A DNA stretch of 64,000 nt from Octopus sinensis (lineage: Eukaryota): contig NC_043006.1 of NCBI RefSeq assembly GCF_006345805.1, forward strand, positions 15,934,001 through 15,998,000, given 5' to 3'. Below are positions 22,770 to 35,945 of the stretch, in pieces. Below the pieces are notes generated by a model that worked only from the letters and a program-made list of their open reading frames with translations, was not told where the DNA came from and made no database searches. The stretch's first letter is position 1. Each line of letters begins with the position of its first letter. A program made the position numbers and the translations under genes.

Positions 22770-23043
22770 TTATACACATATATACATACATATATATATT
22801 TATACACATATATACATATATATATTTATACACATATATACATACATATATAGATAGATAGATATAGATATAGATATGTACATGCATATATATGTATATA
22901 TAAATATACATATATAAAATATACATACACACGCATACTGATACATATATATCTATATGTGTGTATATGTGTGTTTGTTTGTGTGTGTGCAAGAAAACAA
23001 GGAAGGGATAGTGGCTCCCAACATATTTGGTGGGAATTAATAT

Positions 23044-23239
23044 ATAGGCGCAGGAGTGCCTGTGTGGTAAGTAACTTGCTAACTAGCCACATGGTTCCGG
23101 GTTCAGTCCCACTGTGTGTGGTACCTTGGGCAAGTGTCCTCTACTATAGCCTCGGGCCGACAAAAGCTTCGTGAGTGGATATGTTAGACGGTAACGGAAA
23201 GAAGCCCGTCGTATATGTATATGTACATATATAATATAT

Positions 23240-23273
<34 letters not shown>

Positions 23274-23362
23274 ATATATATATTATATATATATATATAT
23301 GTATACATATATATGTATATGCATGTATGTATATGTGTATGTGTGCGTATATGTTTGTGTGT
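23044..23362 (+). mobile_element. SINE family D, 5' half with expanded microsatellite
   Basis: ataggcgcaggagtgcctgtgtggtaag...gaagcccgtcgtatat(at)n. Confidence 0.8.
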
Positions 23363-23745
23363 AGATGATACGAGCAGAATGACTTTCAAGAGAAATTACG
23401 GAGGTTTCTTGGTGTTTAGGTTTTTCTTGGTAGCGCACGTCATCTGGCATGCCGGGAGTTTTAGTCCTTAAAGTGTCTTACTCGAAGAAATCGACCCAAG
23501 AATAGGATTTAAGCCTATTACTTCATCTTTACCTGCTATACATTACAAACCAAATGCATTTAAATCAGATCCCAATGCTGGATATTTAAGAACCAAATGA
23601 AGGGCAATTTTTAAATCCTGGGATCAACCTAGATTCCAAAAAGCTATGATATGTCTATGTAGAGCAAATGTTGACTGAGATGCAGAGGTATCAGACAGAA
23701 TTTCGTTTTTATTAATATAGATATTACAATTATATTCAACAGAAA

Positions 23746-23960
23746 AGCGGCGAGATGCTAGAACTGTTAAGCACACAAGTCGAAATACTTAACGACATTT
23801 TGTCCGTCTTTACGTTCTGAGTTCAAATTCCACCGAGATCGACTTTGCCTTTCATCACTTGGGAGTCTAGAAAATAAGTACCAGTTGTGGACTCGAGTTG
23901 ATGTTATCAGCTTAAACCATGCACGGAACTTGCTGTCGTTGTGCCAAAATTTGAAACCTA
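23746..23960 (+). mobile_element. Old SINE family C/C2 copy
   Basis: gcggcgag..ttacgttctgagttcaaattccaccgagatcgactttgcctttcatc. Confidence 0.7.
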
Positions 23961-25042
23961 TATTTTATTTGGCAGAGTTGAAATTCACAATTTTACGTTA
24001 TTGAAAGCGTAATCTCAATAGACCATGGAAACCCTCAGAGAATGTTGGATGTTTAAGTGAATACCTCATTAAAACCGATAATATTCAAATGTAATCTGAT
24101 CAAGAGTGTTTGAGGAGATCCTTTGAGAGTGAATAAAAACATTCTGGAAAATTACTGGGATGATTAAAACGACTTTGGTTATGATGAGTTGTTTGAATTA
24201 TATAAAATGTAAAATGGTCGATGTGAAACATATTGAACAATTATCTTCTTGATTAAAGATTGTTTAAGTCGTCCAGTAGCACCTGGTTAATTTATTTATA
24301 GAAAGCTTTGAATTAAGCTGTTGGTAAATTCAACAGACTGTTATTTGCATAAACGAAATTAAACAAAGACATTATTACAGTTAAGATTTGCTATCATATG
24401 TCACAATCCAATGTACAAACAGTCTGAAAATATTTATTTAACTCCTGTGGGAAATCAGCAATGTACTCACAAATGTGCAACCAGTTTCAAGGAAGGCATT
24501 GTTAATTTGAACAACTTGTAATAAATAAGATTTTGCAATCACACGGAAAAGCTTGTAATGATTTGCATCGATTACATAGATATAAGATATATTATGTTTG
24601 TCGTTCATAAAATTTTCTAAGAGTTGTGCCTCTAAGACTTACCCAGGAATCTTAATCATGGAGATTTGCGAAAGTGATTTATTTTTGGTTCAATGTTTTT
24701 GAAACTATATATATAGAAAAGTTTGCCATTCTTGAGCTGATGGTTGTTTTGTCAATAAAAACCCAAGAACTGATAGTAAATTCATTATCAGTTGTACTGA
24801 TATGATCAATGAAATAAAGAAATTAGACACAAATACTTTGTGGAACTCTAAAACTCTCTCTCTCTCTCTCTCTCTCTCACGCACACACAGACACACACAC
24901 ACACACGCACACACACACACGCACACACACACACACATATATATACATGTATATATGTTTATAAGTACGTATGTATACGCACACATACACATATCTAAAT
25001 ATGCATGTATGGAAGTGTATATATATGTATATATATATATAT

Positions 25043-25074
<32 letters not shown>

Positions 25075-27221
25075 ATATTATATAAGTTGTGTGTATGTAT
25101 GTGTGTGTGCATGTACAGATGAGTGGGGATACAAGACTCATGATATCATATTGTTGGAAATCGCTAATGCATATCGTCCAATTCCTTGTAACTACCTACA
25201 ATATACGCTCGATTTCTTCTAGGTTCTGAAGGTAATGTTGAATGTCTGGTGAAAATATGAGCAGTTCAGTTTGAGAATCGCGATAGACTCGCATACCACG
25301 AAATGAATTCTCAAGTATATTCTAACGCACCGCTTTCCTGTGTGATGAGGATGGAAGCTCTGGGAATGGTGCTATGAGTGACAACGTTCATGGTTGATTT
25401 TTTATAAGTTCGTCAAACAAAAAATAGTAGGTTGAAGGAGATTAGCAACACAAGCTAAGTAACATTATTATAAAATAAAATCTAAACCCGAGGAAACTAG
25501 TGATCAGCAATAATTATTCAGTAGGAAACTTCGATTGAGGTGTTCGATAAGTCTTTGAGTCGTTCCGTATCTAACAATTCGAACCTTGCTTTTCGTTTCG
25601 ACGTGAGGAACAGACAAAATGCCGGTGTTGTCGTCTGTGAATTGACAAGAAAGAACTGAACAGATGGAATGGCAATGGAAATGATATATGAACGAGAAGA
25701 ATTGAGAGAAAAACCGAGAGGAAGATTAGAAGCCTTTGTTCACCTCATACCTCTAACTTTTTACCCTCTCACATCTGTCTTCGTTCATTAAATTCCAGCT
25801 TTTACCAACTTTTACCCACTTACCAAAAGACAACTCCTCATTTCCTCTTTTTCTCGCCCTCACACAAAGGGCAGGGACCAACACGCGAGGTCCTAAACTC
25901 TTTACGCTTACTGAGCCTTCTTCTCCAATATCTTACAGCTATGTTAACAAGCAATTCAATATCTTTCTACAGCCCCTGTTTGACGCTTGAGCTCCTGCAT
26001 TTACGGATATGAAAGCATGTATTTTGGAACATAACAAGGCGGATTGGCACAATTATTCAACAAGCTAGCGGTAGCCAATAGAACTTATATTAACAGAACC
26101 TTACTTTCATCAGAGCCATTGCTAGGTGACCTGCAATCTTTTATGGCACAGATGAATTTAAGTCTATCGTTAATAATTATTGCCACATTTACGTACCTAC
26201 TACCAAAAGCTTAGTCTGTGACTTTGATGACGAGTTCTTACTGAGTTCTGCCAACAAGAGTCACCTGACCCCAGAACTTGCAACGTGTAAGTTCGTTGCT
26301 CCCTGAAGTAGCTCAAATCCTAGCCGCTTTCCAAACGTAACTACCTCCTCATTTCCATACAACCACAACAAACTCTCACAAAGCAACATTATAAATGCAA
26401 TATCATCATCATCACAAACAACAAAATTGCCAGCATAGCCACAACCACTACCACTGTGACATGAATCGGATGGTTAACTCAAGTAAAACAAGAATATGAC
26501 AGTCAAATAACCCTTAGGTTGTTTTCTTTTTAATGTAACAACAAATTTGATAATATAGTTGGAAAAACCGACAGAATGAGTACAGTGAAAAAGAGTGGAA
26601 AGCGCAACGTTTCGCACAGAAACGCTCTTCAGGATAAGTTGACGGAAGAGAAACAAAAGAAAAACAGCAAAAAAAAATGTACATTCTTTATTTTTGAGAA
26701 ATTGGCTGTTGATTAATATATACATACATATACAAAAATATACATGTAAATGATATGTGTGGTGTGTGTGTGTGTGTGTCTTTGTCTATCTGTCTGTCTA
26801 TTTCAAGCGACAGAAAGACTAGTTAAATATCTCTGGGGTGTGTAATACCCACAATTTCGGACGAAGTCCTTCCTCTCGGGGTATGTGATGGAGGGAAATG
26901 AAAGAAAGATAGCGGAGTTTTATATCCATTTTGAGAAACCGACTGCATTTGATGAGAAGCAGAAGACAAAGTGGGCTTCATACGCACGGAGGAAATAGTC
27001 GGAAAGAGAACCTGAGCGAAGGGGAGTGAAGGTAAGAGAAATGAAAGAGGAGGTAAAAGTAATGGAGTTTTGTATGCATTTATTATGTTTCAATAAAAAC
27101 TGCGCTAATCACGCCTGGAAAGGTTTTAATGATAGATCTATTCAATCGGGATTGACTTGGAGCTGAGGAAAAAAGCCTACTACAACACATACAAGATGCT
27201 ACTAAATAAAGACATCACAAT

Positions 27222-27617
27222 GGATGGAAATGGAAGCACTCCGTCGGTTACGACGATGAGGGTTCCGGTTGATCCGAATCAACGGAACAGCCTGCTCGTG
27301 AAATTAGCGTGTAAGTGGCTGAGCACTCCACAGACACGTGCACCCTTAACGTAGTTCTCGGGGATATTCAGCGTGACACAGAGAGTGACAAAGCCGGCCC
27401 CTTGAAATACAGGTACAACAGAAACAGGAAGTAAGAGTGAGAGAAAGTTGTGGTGAAAGAGTACAGCAGGGAACATCACCATCCCCTGCCGGAGCCTCGT
27501 GGAGCTTTTTTAGGTGTTTTCGCTCAATAAACACTCACAACGCCCGGTCTGGGAATCGAAACCGCGATCCTATGACCGCGAGTCCGCTGCCCTAACCACT
27601 GGGCCATTGCGCCTCCT
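27222..27617 (-). mobile_element. SINE family A, full-length with 10-bp TSD
   Basis: TSD ACATCACAAT at 27212-27221 and 27618-27627. Confidence 0.9.
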
Positions 27618-27944
27618 ACATCACAATAGCAATGCCTTCGACAAACATTCTTCATCACCACATGCAACGTGTATTGTAGTGAAATGCTGAAAGTGGTTAA
27701 CTGGATAAAACATAAATAATGAAAGAAAACGTTCTTTGTTTTCTGCGGAGGACATTTTTTTTAAAACAAAGTATCGAAGATGCTTTGCTGTGCTCTAAGT
27801 TATAAATCAAGTTTGTGACAAACAAATGTGAACTGTTGGGTTTGAAACAAATAAAAGAATGTAACAGATGCCTCTTTTTAAATATATTATGAAGCCTTTG
27901 CTGAGATAGTGTATGTATGTGTGTGAGTGTATGCATGAATACAC

Positions 27945-28044
27945 NNNNNNNNNNNNNNNNNNNNNNNNNNNNNNNNNNNNNNNNNNNNNNNNNNNNNNNN
28001 NNNNNNNNNNNNNNNNNNNNNNNNNNNNNNNNNNNNNNNNNNNN
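27945..28044. other. Assembly gap (100 N)
   Basis: Run of N. Confidence 1.
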
Positions 28045-29245
28045 TGTATGGAGAGGATGCCAAAGGTGAAAGAACCACTCGTGATTGGTATGCCAAGTTC
28101 AAAAATGGAAATTTTGAACTCCAAGATGGACCTCGTTCTGTCCGTCCAGTTGAGTTCGATGAAAAGTGATTAAAACAACTTTTGCACGCAAATTCTCGTC
28201 AAACGACAAGGGAACTGGCAGAGAAAATGGAATGCCCCCACACTGCTATAAACAAGCATCTTCACTCGATGGGAAAAGTTTAAAAGTATGGAGTATAGGT
28301 TCCGCATGCTTTAAGTGACATCAACAAAAATCAACAAGCTAGAATCTCCGCTCATGGACACAAGCAACGATTTCTTTACCGAATCGTTACTGGCGACGAA
28401 AACTGGTGCTTGTACATCAATATGAATCAGCGTAAGGAATGGCTTAGCCCCGGTAAACAGGCGACATCGCGCGTGAAACAAGATCATCCGCGTAAAACGA
28501 TGTTATGCGTATGGTGGGACTGGGAAGGGATTATCCTTTACGAATTGCTTGAACGAAACCAAACGGTCAACAGTGTAGAGGCACATGGCCTAGAGGTTAC
28601 AGCAGCGGACTAGCGGTCGAGCTATCGTGTGTTCGAATCTCAGATCGGGTGATGTGTGTGTTTATGAGCGAAACACCTAAGCTCCACGCGGCTCCGGCAG
28701 AAAGTAATGGCGAAATTCTGCTGACTCTTTCGCCACAACTATCTCTCACTCTTTCTTCCTGCATCTTGCAGGTCAACTGCGATGGACCGGCGTCCCGTCC
28801 AGGTGGGGAACCTATAGGTCAAGGAAACCGGCCCTAATGAGCCAGGCATGGCTCGAGAAGGAACAAACAAATGGTCAACACGGAACTCTATGTTCAACAG
28901 ATGGAACGACTCAACATGGCTATTCAAGAGAAAAGACCTAATCGGCAACTTGGAGTTCTTCTGGTGCACGACAACGCCCGCCATCATATTGCCAATATGA
29001 TCAATGAAGCCATTCAAACACATATCTGGTAAGTGCTGCCACACCCGCCATACTCTCCTGATTTGGCACCAACGGATTTCCACCTCTTTTGATCCCTTTC
29101 AAATGCTATGCGCGGAGTTTTGTTCAATACTAATGCACAATTGAGAGCTTGGTGGGATCAGTTTTTCGAGTCGAAATCGGATGATTTCTACCAACGAGGT
29201 TTTTTTAAATCTTGTTGAACGTTGCCAAGAAGTTGTAAACAGCAA
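28045..29245 (+). mobile_element. Decayed mariner transposase (5' end lost in the gap), interrupted by a SINE
   Basis: YGEDAKGERTTRDWYAKFKNG, RIVTGDENWCLYIN, HPRKTMLCVWWDWEGII.YELL, LVHDNAR.H and LPHPPYSPDLAPTDFHLF. Confidence 0.9.
28573..28868 (+). mobile_element. SINE with family-A head and a different tail (Y), inserted in the mariner with a 12-bp TSD
   Basis: Head homologous to family A up to ctcactctttcttcctg, then catcttgcaggtcaactgcgatggaccggcgtcccgtccagg... TSD AAA(C/T)GGTCAACA at 28561-28572 and 28869-28880. Confidence 0.8.
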
Positions 29246-29407
29246 AGGTGATTAATTAGTTGTTTTTATTAAACCTTTTAAAATATTTAAATTTAAAGAA
29301 CGGCAGGAGCTTAGTCGCCAACCCAATATATAGAATAGAACCATATATACATACACACACACACACACAAATATATATATATATAACCTCGCTAAGATAA
29401 ATATTTC

Positions 29408-29482
29408 AATTACCTGATGATTGACTGTAACCATAACTCGAATTATTACGAATTGGACAGCCATGAAACGATCGTAGTGTTT
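29408..29482 (+). ncRNA. Candidate type I hammerhead ribozyme (GUA site)
   Basis: AAUUAC-CUGAUGA(29414-20)-UUGACUGU...ACAGCCAU-GAAA(29465-68)-CGAUCG-UA-GUGUUU. Palindromic stem III (ACGAUCGU) and extended stem II, but a U-U at the base of stem II and a weak stem I. Confidence 0.5.
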
Positions 29483-30170
29483 TACTCATTATCTTTTATT
29501 AAACTTTTAATACTTTTGATATATATTTAAATAATATAAATTAATTAATTTTATGTATTGGCTTAGTTTTTTCATTGTTTGATTTGCCTAATAGTGGTTT
29601 TATCTCTAATTAATATAATATATATATATATATATATAATAATATATATTATATATATGTATGTATGTATGTATGGATGTATGTATGTATGTATGTATGT
29701 ATGTATGGGTTGTACTTATTCAGTAGTAGACAAGCCTGTTCGTGTGAACACATGACCAATGAGATTCCAATCATGATCAATTCGACTTGTTTTCAATCAT
29801 TGTGTGCATGGAACTCATGTTTCACTGTGTAGGGTATGGGGTTATGGTCTGCGTGTTCGACGGTAAATTTTGGTTCCGGATTTTTGCAGCTAGATTAATG
29901 GAGTTTAATTTCAATAACAACTATCTTCAGCAGAGAACATTCTACGAAAGCCTGCATATCAGTGAATGTATAGTTACATAGGTATCAAAAACAAAAGAAT
30001 AAGGAAAAGAATATTCCTACTTTGTTCCGTTGTGTCTGAAAAATTGAGAGCTGACATTTTCAAATTATTTCCACTTTCATAAGAGAGAGTCTACAACTAA
30101 TAATTATCAATTTTGTTTTTCTTTCTTTGCTATCTTCTTCCACTTGGAAGGAACATTTCAATAACTGACA

Positions 30171-30583
30171 ACCTTGAACAAGTGTCTTCTACTATGGGCT
30201 CGGGCAGACTAAGGCCTTATGAGTGCATTTGGAAGCGAGAAAGTGAAAGAATTTTGTCGTATATATATATGTATGTATGTATGTACATGTATATATATAG
30301 AGAGAGAGTGATAGATAGATAGATATTTACATATATATATATATACACACATATGGTGGTGGTGTCTTTTTATCTATCTCCCACCACCGCTTGACAACCG
30401 GTCTTAGTGTGTTTGCGCCCCCCATAACTTAGCAGTTCAGTAAATGTGCCGATAGAATAAATACCAAGCTTAAAACATCATGCAGAAAATCACTGAGGTC
30501 GATTGATTCCACTAAAATTCCTCGAGGCGATGCCCCGCCATGGCCGCAATGCAATGACTGAAACAAATAAAAGATAAAAGATA
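30171..30583 (+). mobile_element. Old SINE family D copy
   Basis: Diverged CORE region and tail catggccgcaatgcaatgactgaaacaaataaaagataaaagata. Confidence 0.7.
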
Positions 30584-30952
30584 GATCCAGTATATCGCAC
30601 TTTAACTTAGTGTGAGTGAGTCTCTGTCGTTCGACCTTGAAGATTTAGTTGTTCGTTCAAATGAATTACCTGCCCTTGAATTTAGAGTAATTCCAATGAA
30701 ACACACATCGTTAAAATCAGTCTCAGGTATAAGCAAGAAACAGTGTGTGTGACAAGGTTGTATCTTTTGCATTACAGGTGCAAATCACCCAAAGTGATCT
30801 ATACAACTTCCGTCTATTCAATTTTGTTTACAAATTATGGGTTGAACCAATTCTATAAAAAACATTTTGGCCGAAAATGCCTCGCAATAGAATCGAACGT
30901 AAAGCTTCAAAGTTGCAAGCCAAACACATAAACTTACCAGCATATATTATTG

Positions 30953-31183
30953 TTTCTTTACTGCTCACAAGGGGCTAAACATAGAGGGGACAAACAAGGA
31001 CAGACAAACGGATTAAGTCTATTACATCGACCCCAGTGCGTAGCTGGTACGTAATTTATCGATCCCGAAAGGATGAAAGGCAAAGTCGACCTCGGCGGAA
31101 TTTGAACTCAGAACGTAAAGCCAGAGGAAATACTGCTTAGCATTTCGCCCGGCGTGCTAACGTTTCTGCCAGCTCTCCGCCTT
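30953..31183 (-). mobile_element. SINE family C
   Basis: Full head-core-tail match on the minus strand. Confidence 0.85.
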
Positions 31184-31269
31184 ATTACCAGCATATATTA
31201 TTAGCTGGTTGAGTTGATTGTCACATCTCGCATACAAAGCTTATCGTATTATAGTATTAAAAGTTATAC

Positions 31270-31655
31270 ATAGGCGCAGGAGTGGCTGTGTGGTAAGTAG
31301 CTTGCTAACCAACCACATGGTTCCGGATTCAGTCCCACTGCGTGGCATCTTGGGCAAGTGTCTTCTGCTATAGCCCCGGGCCGACCAATGCCTTGTGAGT
31401 GGATTTGGGACAGGGAAACTGCAAGAAGCCCGTCGTATATATGTATATATATACATGATTGTGTGTCTGTGTTTGTCCCCCTAGCATTGCTTGACAACCG
31501 ATGCTGGTGTGTTTACGTCCCCGTCACTTCGCGGTTCGGCAAAAGAGACCGATAGAATAAGTACTGGGCTTACAAAGAATAAGTCCCGGGGGGTCTATTT
31601 GCTCTGCTCCAGCATGGCCGCAGTCAAATGACTGAAACAAGTAAAAAAAAAAAAA
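31270..31655 (+). mobile_element. SINE family D
   Basis: Head to tail gactgaaacaagtaaaa. Confidence 0.9.
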
Positions 31656-31763
31656 TAATAATACTATTTAGTTGGGTAAGAAGAATCCTATATGTTTACT
31701 AGCATCACAGTGTTAATAATAAGAATATAACAGATTGAAATAAATCATGCGTGTATAAACACA

Positions 31764-32149
31764 CTAGCAGTATCTCCCGGCGTTGCTCGGGTTTGTAAGG
31801 AAATAACTATAAAGCATTTTTAGAGAGTTATAGCAAAAAAATAGCAAAAAAAATGGAAAAAAATGATGGTAAATTTTTTTGAGAGTTAAAAAGGTCGAGT
31901 TGCGTCCCCTAGACAGTCTGTGGTTTGTGTTTCTGATTCTCGACCCCATGTCGAATTTATCGATTTTTTTCAGAACTGGGGGAACTTTTCAAAATTTTCG
32001 CTGCGTTAGTTTTGAATTATGACATTGGGCTATGTGTGTGTGTCAAGTTTCATCAGAATCGGTTGAAAGCCGTGGTCAGGGTGAGGGTACGAGAAAACAG
32101 ACACACAGAAACACACACAGACAAACTGCCGTTTATATATAGAGAGAGA
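31764..32149 (-). mobile_element. Non-autonomous Helitron-like element
   Basis: Minus strand starts A|TC(TC)nTATATATAAAC and ends CCCGAGCAACGCCGGGAGATACTGCTAG|T. Confidence 0.75.
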
Positions 32150-32447
32150 TATACAGACTTGCGAAAAAATAAGAGTTTGTCTATGTTTACACGTGTGTTA
32201 TGTATCCGTTTACACATACAATCATATACAAAACATTCACACAGACACACGCACACGCATATAGATATATGCACATATGTATGCATGCACACGAAGATGC
32301 ATGGTGCATGTATATGTTAGAATTATGTGTGTGCGTGTGTATATATATATACACACACACGGAAAGAGGGGATAGGCAGACACATACATACATACATTCA
32401 TAGACATATGTGAGCGTATATTATATATATATATACATATATATATA

Positions 32448-32516
32448 AGCTCCAAATAAGTAGCTTAGGGCAAATATGCCCTACACATATTTGCCTTACG
32501 TTACTTATTTGGAGCT
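32448..32516. repeat. Short imperfect hairpin (~31-bp arms)
   Basis: AGCTCCAAATAAGTAGCTTAGGGCAAATATG / CATATTTGCCTTACGTTACTTATTTGGAGCT. Confidence 0.7.
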
Positions 32517-32651
32517 AAAATTTTTAATTTCCATGTTCATCTATAGAGAGAACGTCTGTCATACCTCTTTACTTATGTTTTCAAATAACCGTTGAAAGCC
32601 TTAATTATGGTTAAATATCCGACGTGACGCAGCTCTTTCTCATACGGATAG

Positions 32652-32654
<3 letters not shown>

Positions 32655-32721
<67 letters not shown>

Positions 32722-33266
32722 CATTGTGTACAGTGCTCGGGTGCACTACAACTCATCTAAAGTGTATATATAATCAGGTGTAGTTTCGGCGGATTTCGGA
32801 AAGCATGATGGCCTTAAAGGATGGAGTGTCATGGCAGTCAACAACTGACGCAGGCTGTTTGTTCCATGCTTCAGCAACTCTGAGCGTGAAAAGATGTTTC
32901 CGAAAGTCATGGGAGCTGTGTTGTTTTCTGACTTTGTAGGCATGTCCACGTGTGTTAGACACATGAAGATCAAAAAGGTGTTCAGTGTTGTTGTTGGTGA
33001 GGTGGTTGATAACTTTGTGGGTGTTTACCAAGTCCATCGCCAGACGCCGGAGCTTCAGTGAATCCATGCCCAGGGAAACAAGGCGCTCAGAGTATGGTAG
33101 GTGTCTGATGGAGGGTATGCGTTTGGTTGCACGTCTCTGAACAAATTCCAGGAGGTCAATGTTCTGAGCAAGATAGGGGTTCCAAACTGATGATGCGAAT
33201 TCCAAGTGTGGTCGTACCATAGCTGTATACAGTTTTAAATAGATGGCTGGAGAGCGGCTAACAAAA
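32655..33266 (-). mobile_element. CR1-clade LINE 3' fragment with (ATT)n tail
   Basis: KLYTAMVRPHLEFASSVWNPY..LEFVQRRATK..YSERL..LRRL..RGHAYK..FTLRVAEAWN; the (AAT)n run at 32655-32718 is the tail. Confidence 0.9.
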
Positions 33267-33903
33267 GTCCAATTTTCCTGTTATATTCCTTCTCAAGTTC
33301 CTGGTATAATGGTTTCTGCTTCCTGCACTGAAGAGTTCGTTGATAATTAATCAATTTAATTTAATTCACTCATGAATCTACATTATTATTATATCTTTGT
33401 ATTATTATCTTTGTATTATGATCGTCTGCAAGTATTAAACTTCTTATATATTTTAACAACTTGTCTCCTCCATTTTTAACTAAGTTGATGAGTTTTATGG
33501 GATTCCATTCAATAACTACACCATGTATCATATACAAGTACTACTTTTATATCTTTGCAAATTTAAGCTTGTGAAATACCTGGTTGTGTTTGCTTATGTC
33601 ATAAGTCTGAAAATTAGTTGTTCACAAAAAGAAATTAGGTGTGTATAGAAAGATTATTTTTGATCAGCAGGTGCCTCTAATTATTTCTGATTTTATTGTT
33701 TAACAATTTTTTTGTTTAATATATATATATATATATAATATATATATATACACTCATATATATATATATATACACTCTCATATATATATATTATAATATA
33801 TACACTCATATATATATATATACATACACACACACATATTTAAATATATATATATATACATACACACACACATATATATAAATATATAATATATACCACA
33901 CAC

Positions 33904-33976
<73 letters not shown>

Positions 33977-34098
33977 CTAAACCATGAAACCTGTGTACCA
34001 CCAGCTTCAGATAAATAACAAGCAAAACAGCGCTTATGGAGTAAGGTATTACCATTGTGTGCGACAAATCTGCACACATTTACACCGAATGATGCAGC

Positions 34099-34137
<39 letters not shown>

Positions 34138-34170
34138 TGTGTCTGTGTGTGTGTGTGTCTGTATCTGTCA

Positions 34171-34205
<35 letters not shown>

Positions 34206-34519
34206 TCTGTGTCTGTGTGTGTGTGTCTGTATCTGTCAGTGTGTGTGTGTGTGTGTGTGGAAAGGAGGCTTGTATTTCCACGCAGGAAGAAACATAGGAA
34301 TAAATGCACCTGAATTTGACACGTTTTTTTTTTTCTAAATAAATTTATTTAAGTACGTACCAAGCTAGTTTCAACATCTTTTTGCTTATCGATGGTATAA
34401 GCAATGGAATTTTAACAATTTCAAGTTGCGAAGTAAATGATTAAATGTTCACAAAATTCAACGACAGGGCTGATAATATATATATATTAAGCAACATTCT
34501 TGTTGCTTATTTTGATTAC

Positions 34520-34541
34520 ATATATACACACACACACACAC

Positions 34542-34598
<57 letters not shown>

Positions 34599-35099
34599 AT
34601 ATATATATAGATATATATTATATACATATATATGCATACATATATATACATATATATATATGTGCATATATACATGGATATATGTATACATATACATGTA
34701 TACTATTATATACAAATATACATACATATATATATATAAACATACATATATATATAATACACATACATATACATATATACAATTATATACATATACATAC
34801 ATATACATATATATATATATACATATATATATACATATATATATAGCATATTATACATATATATACATATATATATATGCATATATTATACATATATATA
34901 CATATAGATATACATATATATATATGCATATATACATATATATATGCTATATATACTTATATATACATATATATACATAGATATACATATATATATATAT
35001 ATACATATATATATACATATATACATAATATACATATAATATACATATACACATATATATACATATATATATAACATATACATACATATATATATATAC

Positions 35100-35142
<43 letters not shown>

Positions 35143-35305
35143 TACGACAGTTTCTTTCAGTTTCCGTCTACCAAATCCACTCACAAGGCATTGTGGGGCC
35201 GGGACTATAGCAGAAGACACTCGCCCAAGATGCCACGCAGTGGGACTGAACCGGAACCATGTGGTTGGTTAGCAAGCTACTTACCACACAGCCACTCCTG
35301 CGCCC

Positions 35306-35307
<2 letters not shown>
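34520..35307 (-). mobile_element. SINE family D head (35145-35307) running into a ~620-bp (TA/CA) microsatellite
   Basis: The head and CORE end at the normal internal microsatellite position; the 3' half is absent. Confidence 0.7.
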
Positions 35308-35378
<71 letters not shown>

Positions 35379-35681
35379 AGATATATATATATATATTATA
35401 TATATATAATATATATATATAATTATGTATGTATATATATATACACATACATACACACATACATAAAGTACTGTTGAAAATATACGAATACTTGAAACTA
35501 GCGGACCCTCTTTTGATCTATGAGTGACATTGTACGATAAATAAAAGAGACATTTCCTTTTTTTATCCTTGTATCTAGTGAAAACAGTTGATTTAGGAAT
35601 GCAGCAAAGCCTTAAGCTTTTAGGTTATACTCAATAGTATATGTACATGTATAAATACTTAAATTTATATATATATATATT

Positions 35682-35719
<38 letters not shown>

Positions 35720-35739
35720 CACTCTTTCAATATGTGATC

Positions 35740-35945
35740 TCGTGAGTACCGCTGGCGATTTTTTTTCCTCCGTCTTCCCTTCTCGGGATCTTTCCTTCTC
35801 CTATGTTTCCGACGAAGAGCTCCGCTCGAAACGTTAAACCCTCCTTCTTTCCTGAGCGTCCAATAATACTTTATTTGTTCCACGTCCTCGCGTTGTTGTG
35901 TTTTTTTTTTTGTTTTTTTTCGTGTTTTCTTGTTTGGATTAACTT
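35740..35945 (+). mobile_element. Dispersed repeat family P (variant-hammerhead element)
   Basis: GTTT-CCGACGA-A-GAGC-TCC-GCTC-GAAA-CGTT-AAAC at 35805-35839, then cctgagcg. Confidence 0.6.

Noticed and set aside
26841-27187. Possible solo LTR (TGTAAT...AATAAA...TACAACA)
   Set aside because: No target-site duplication found and no second copy or internal domain in the window; unsupported.
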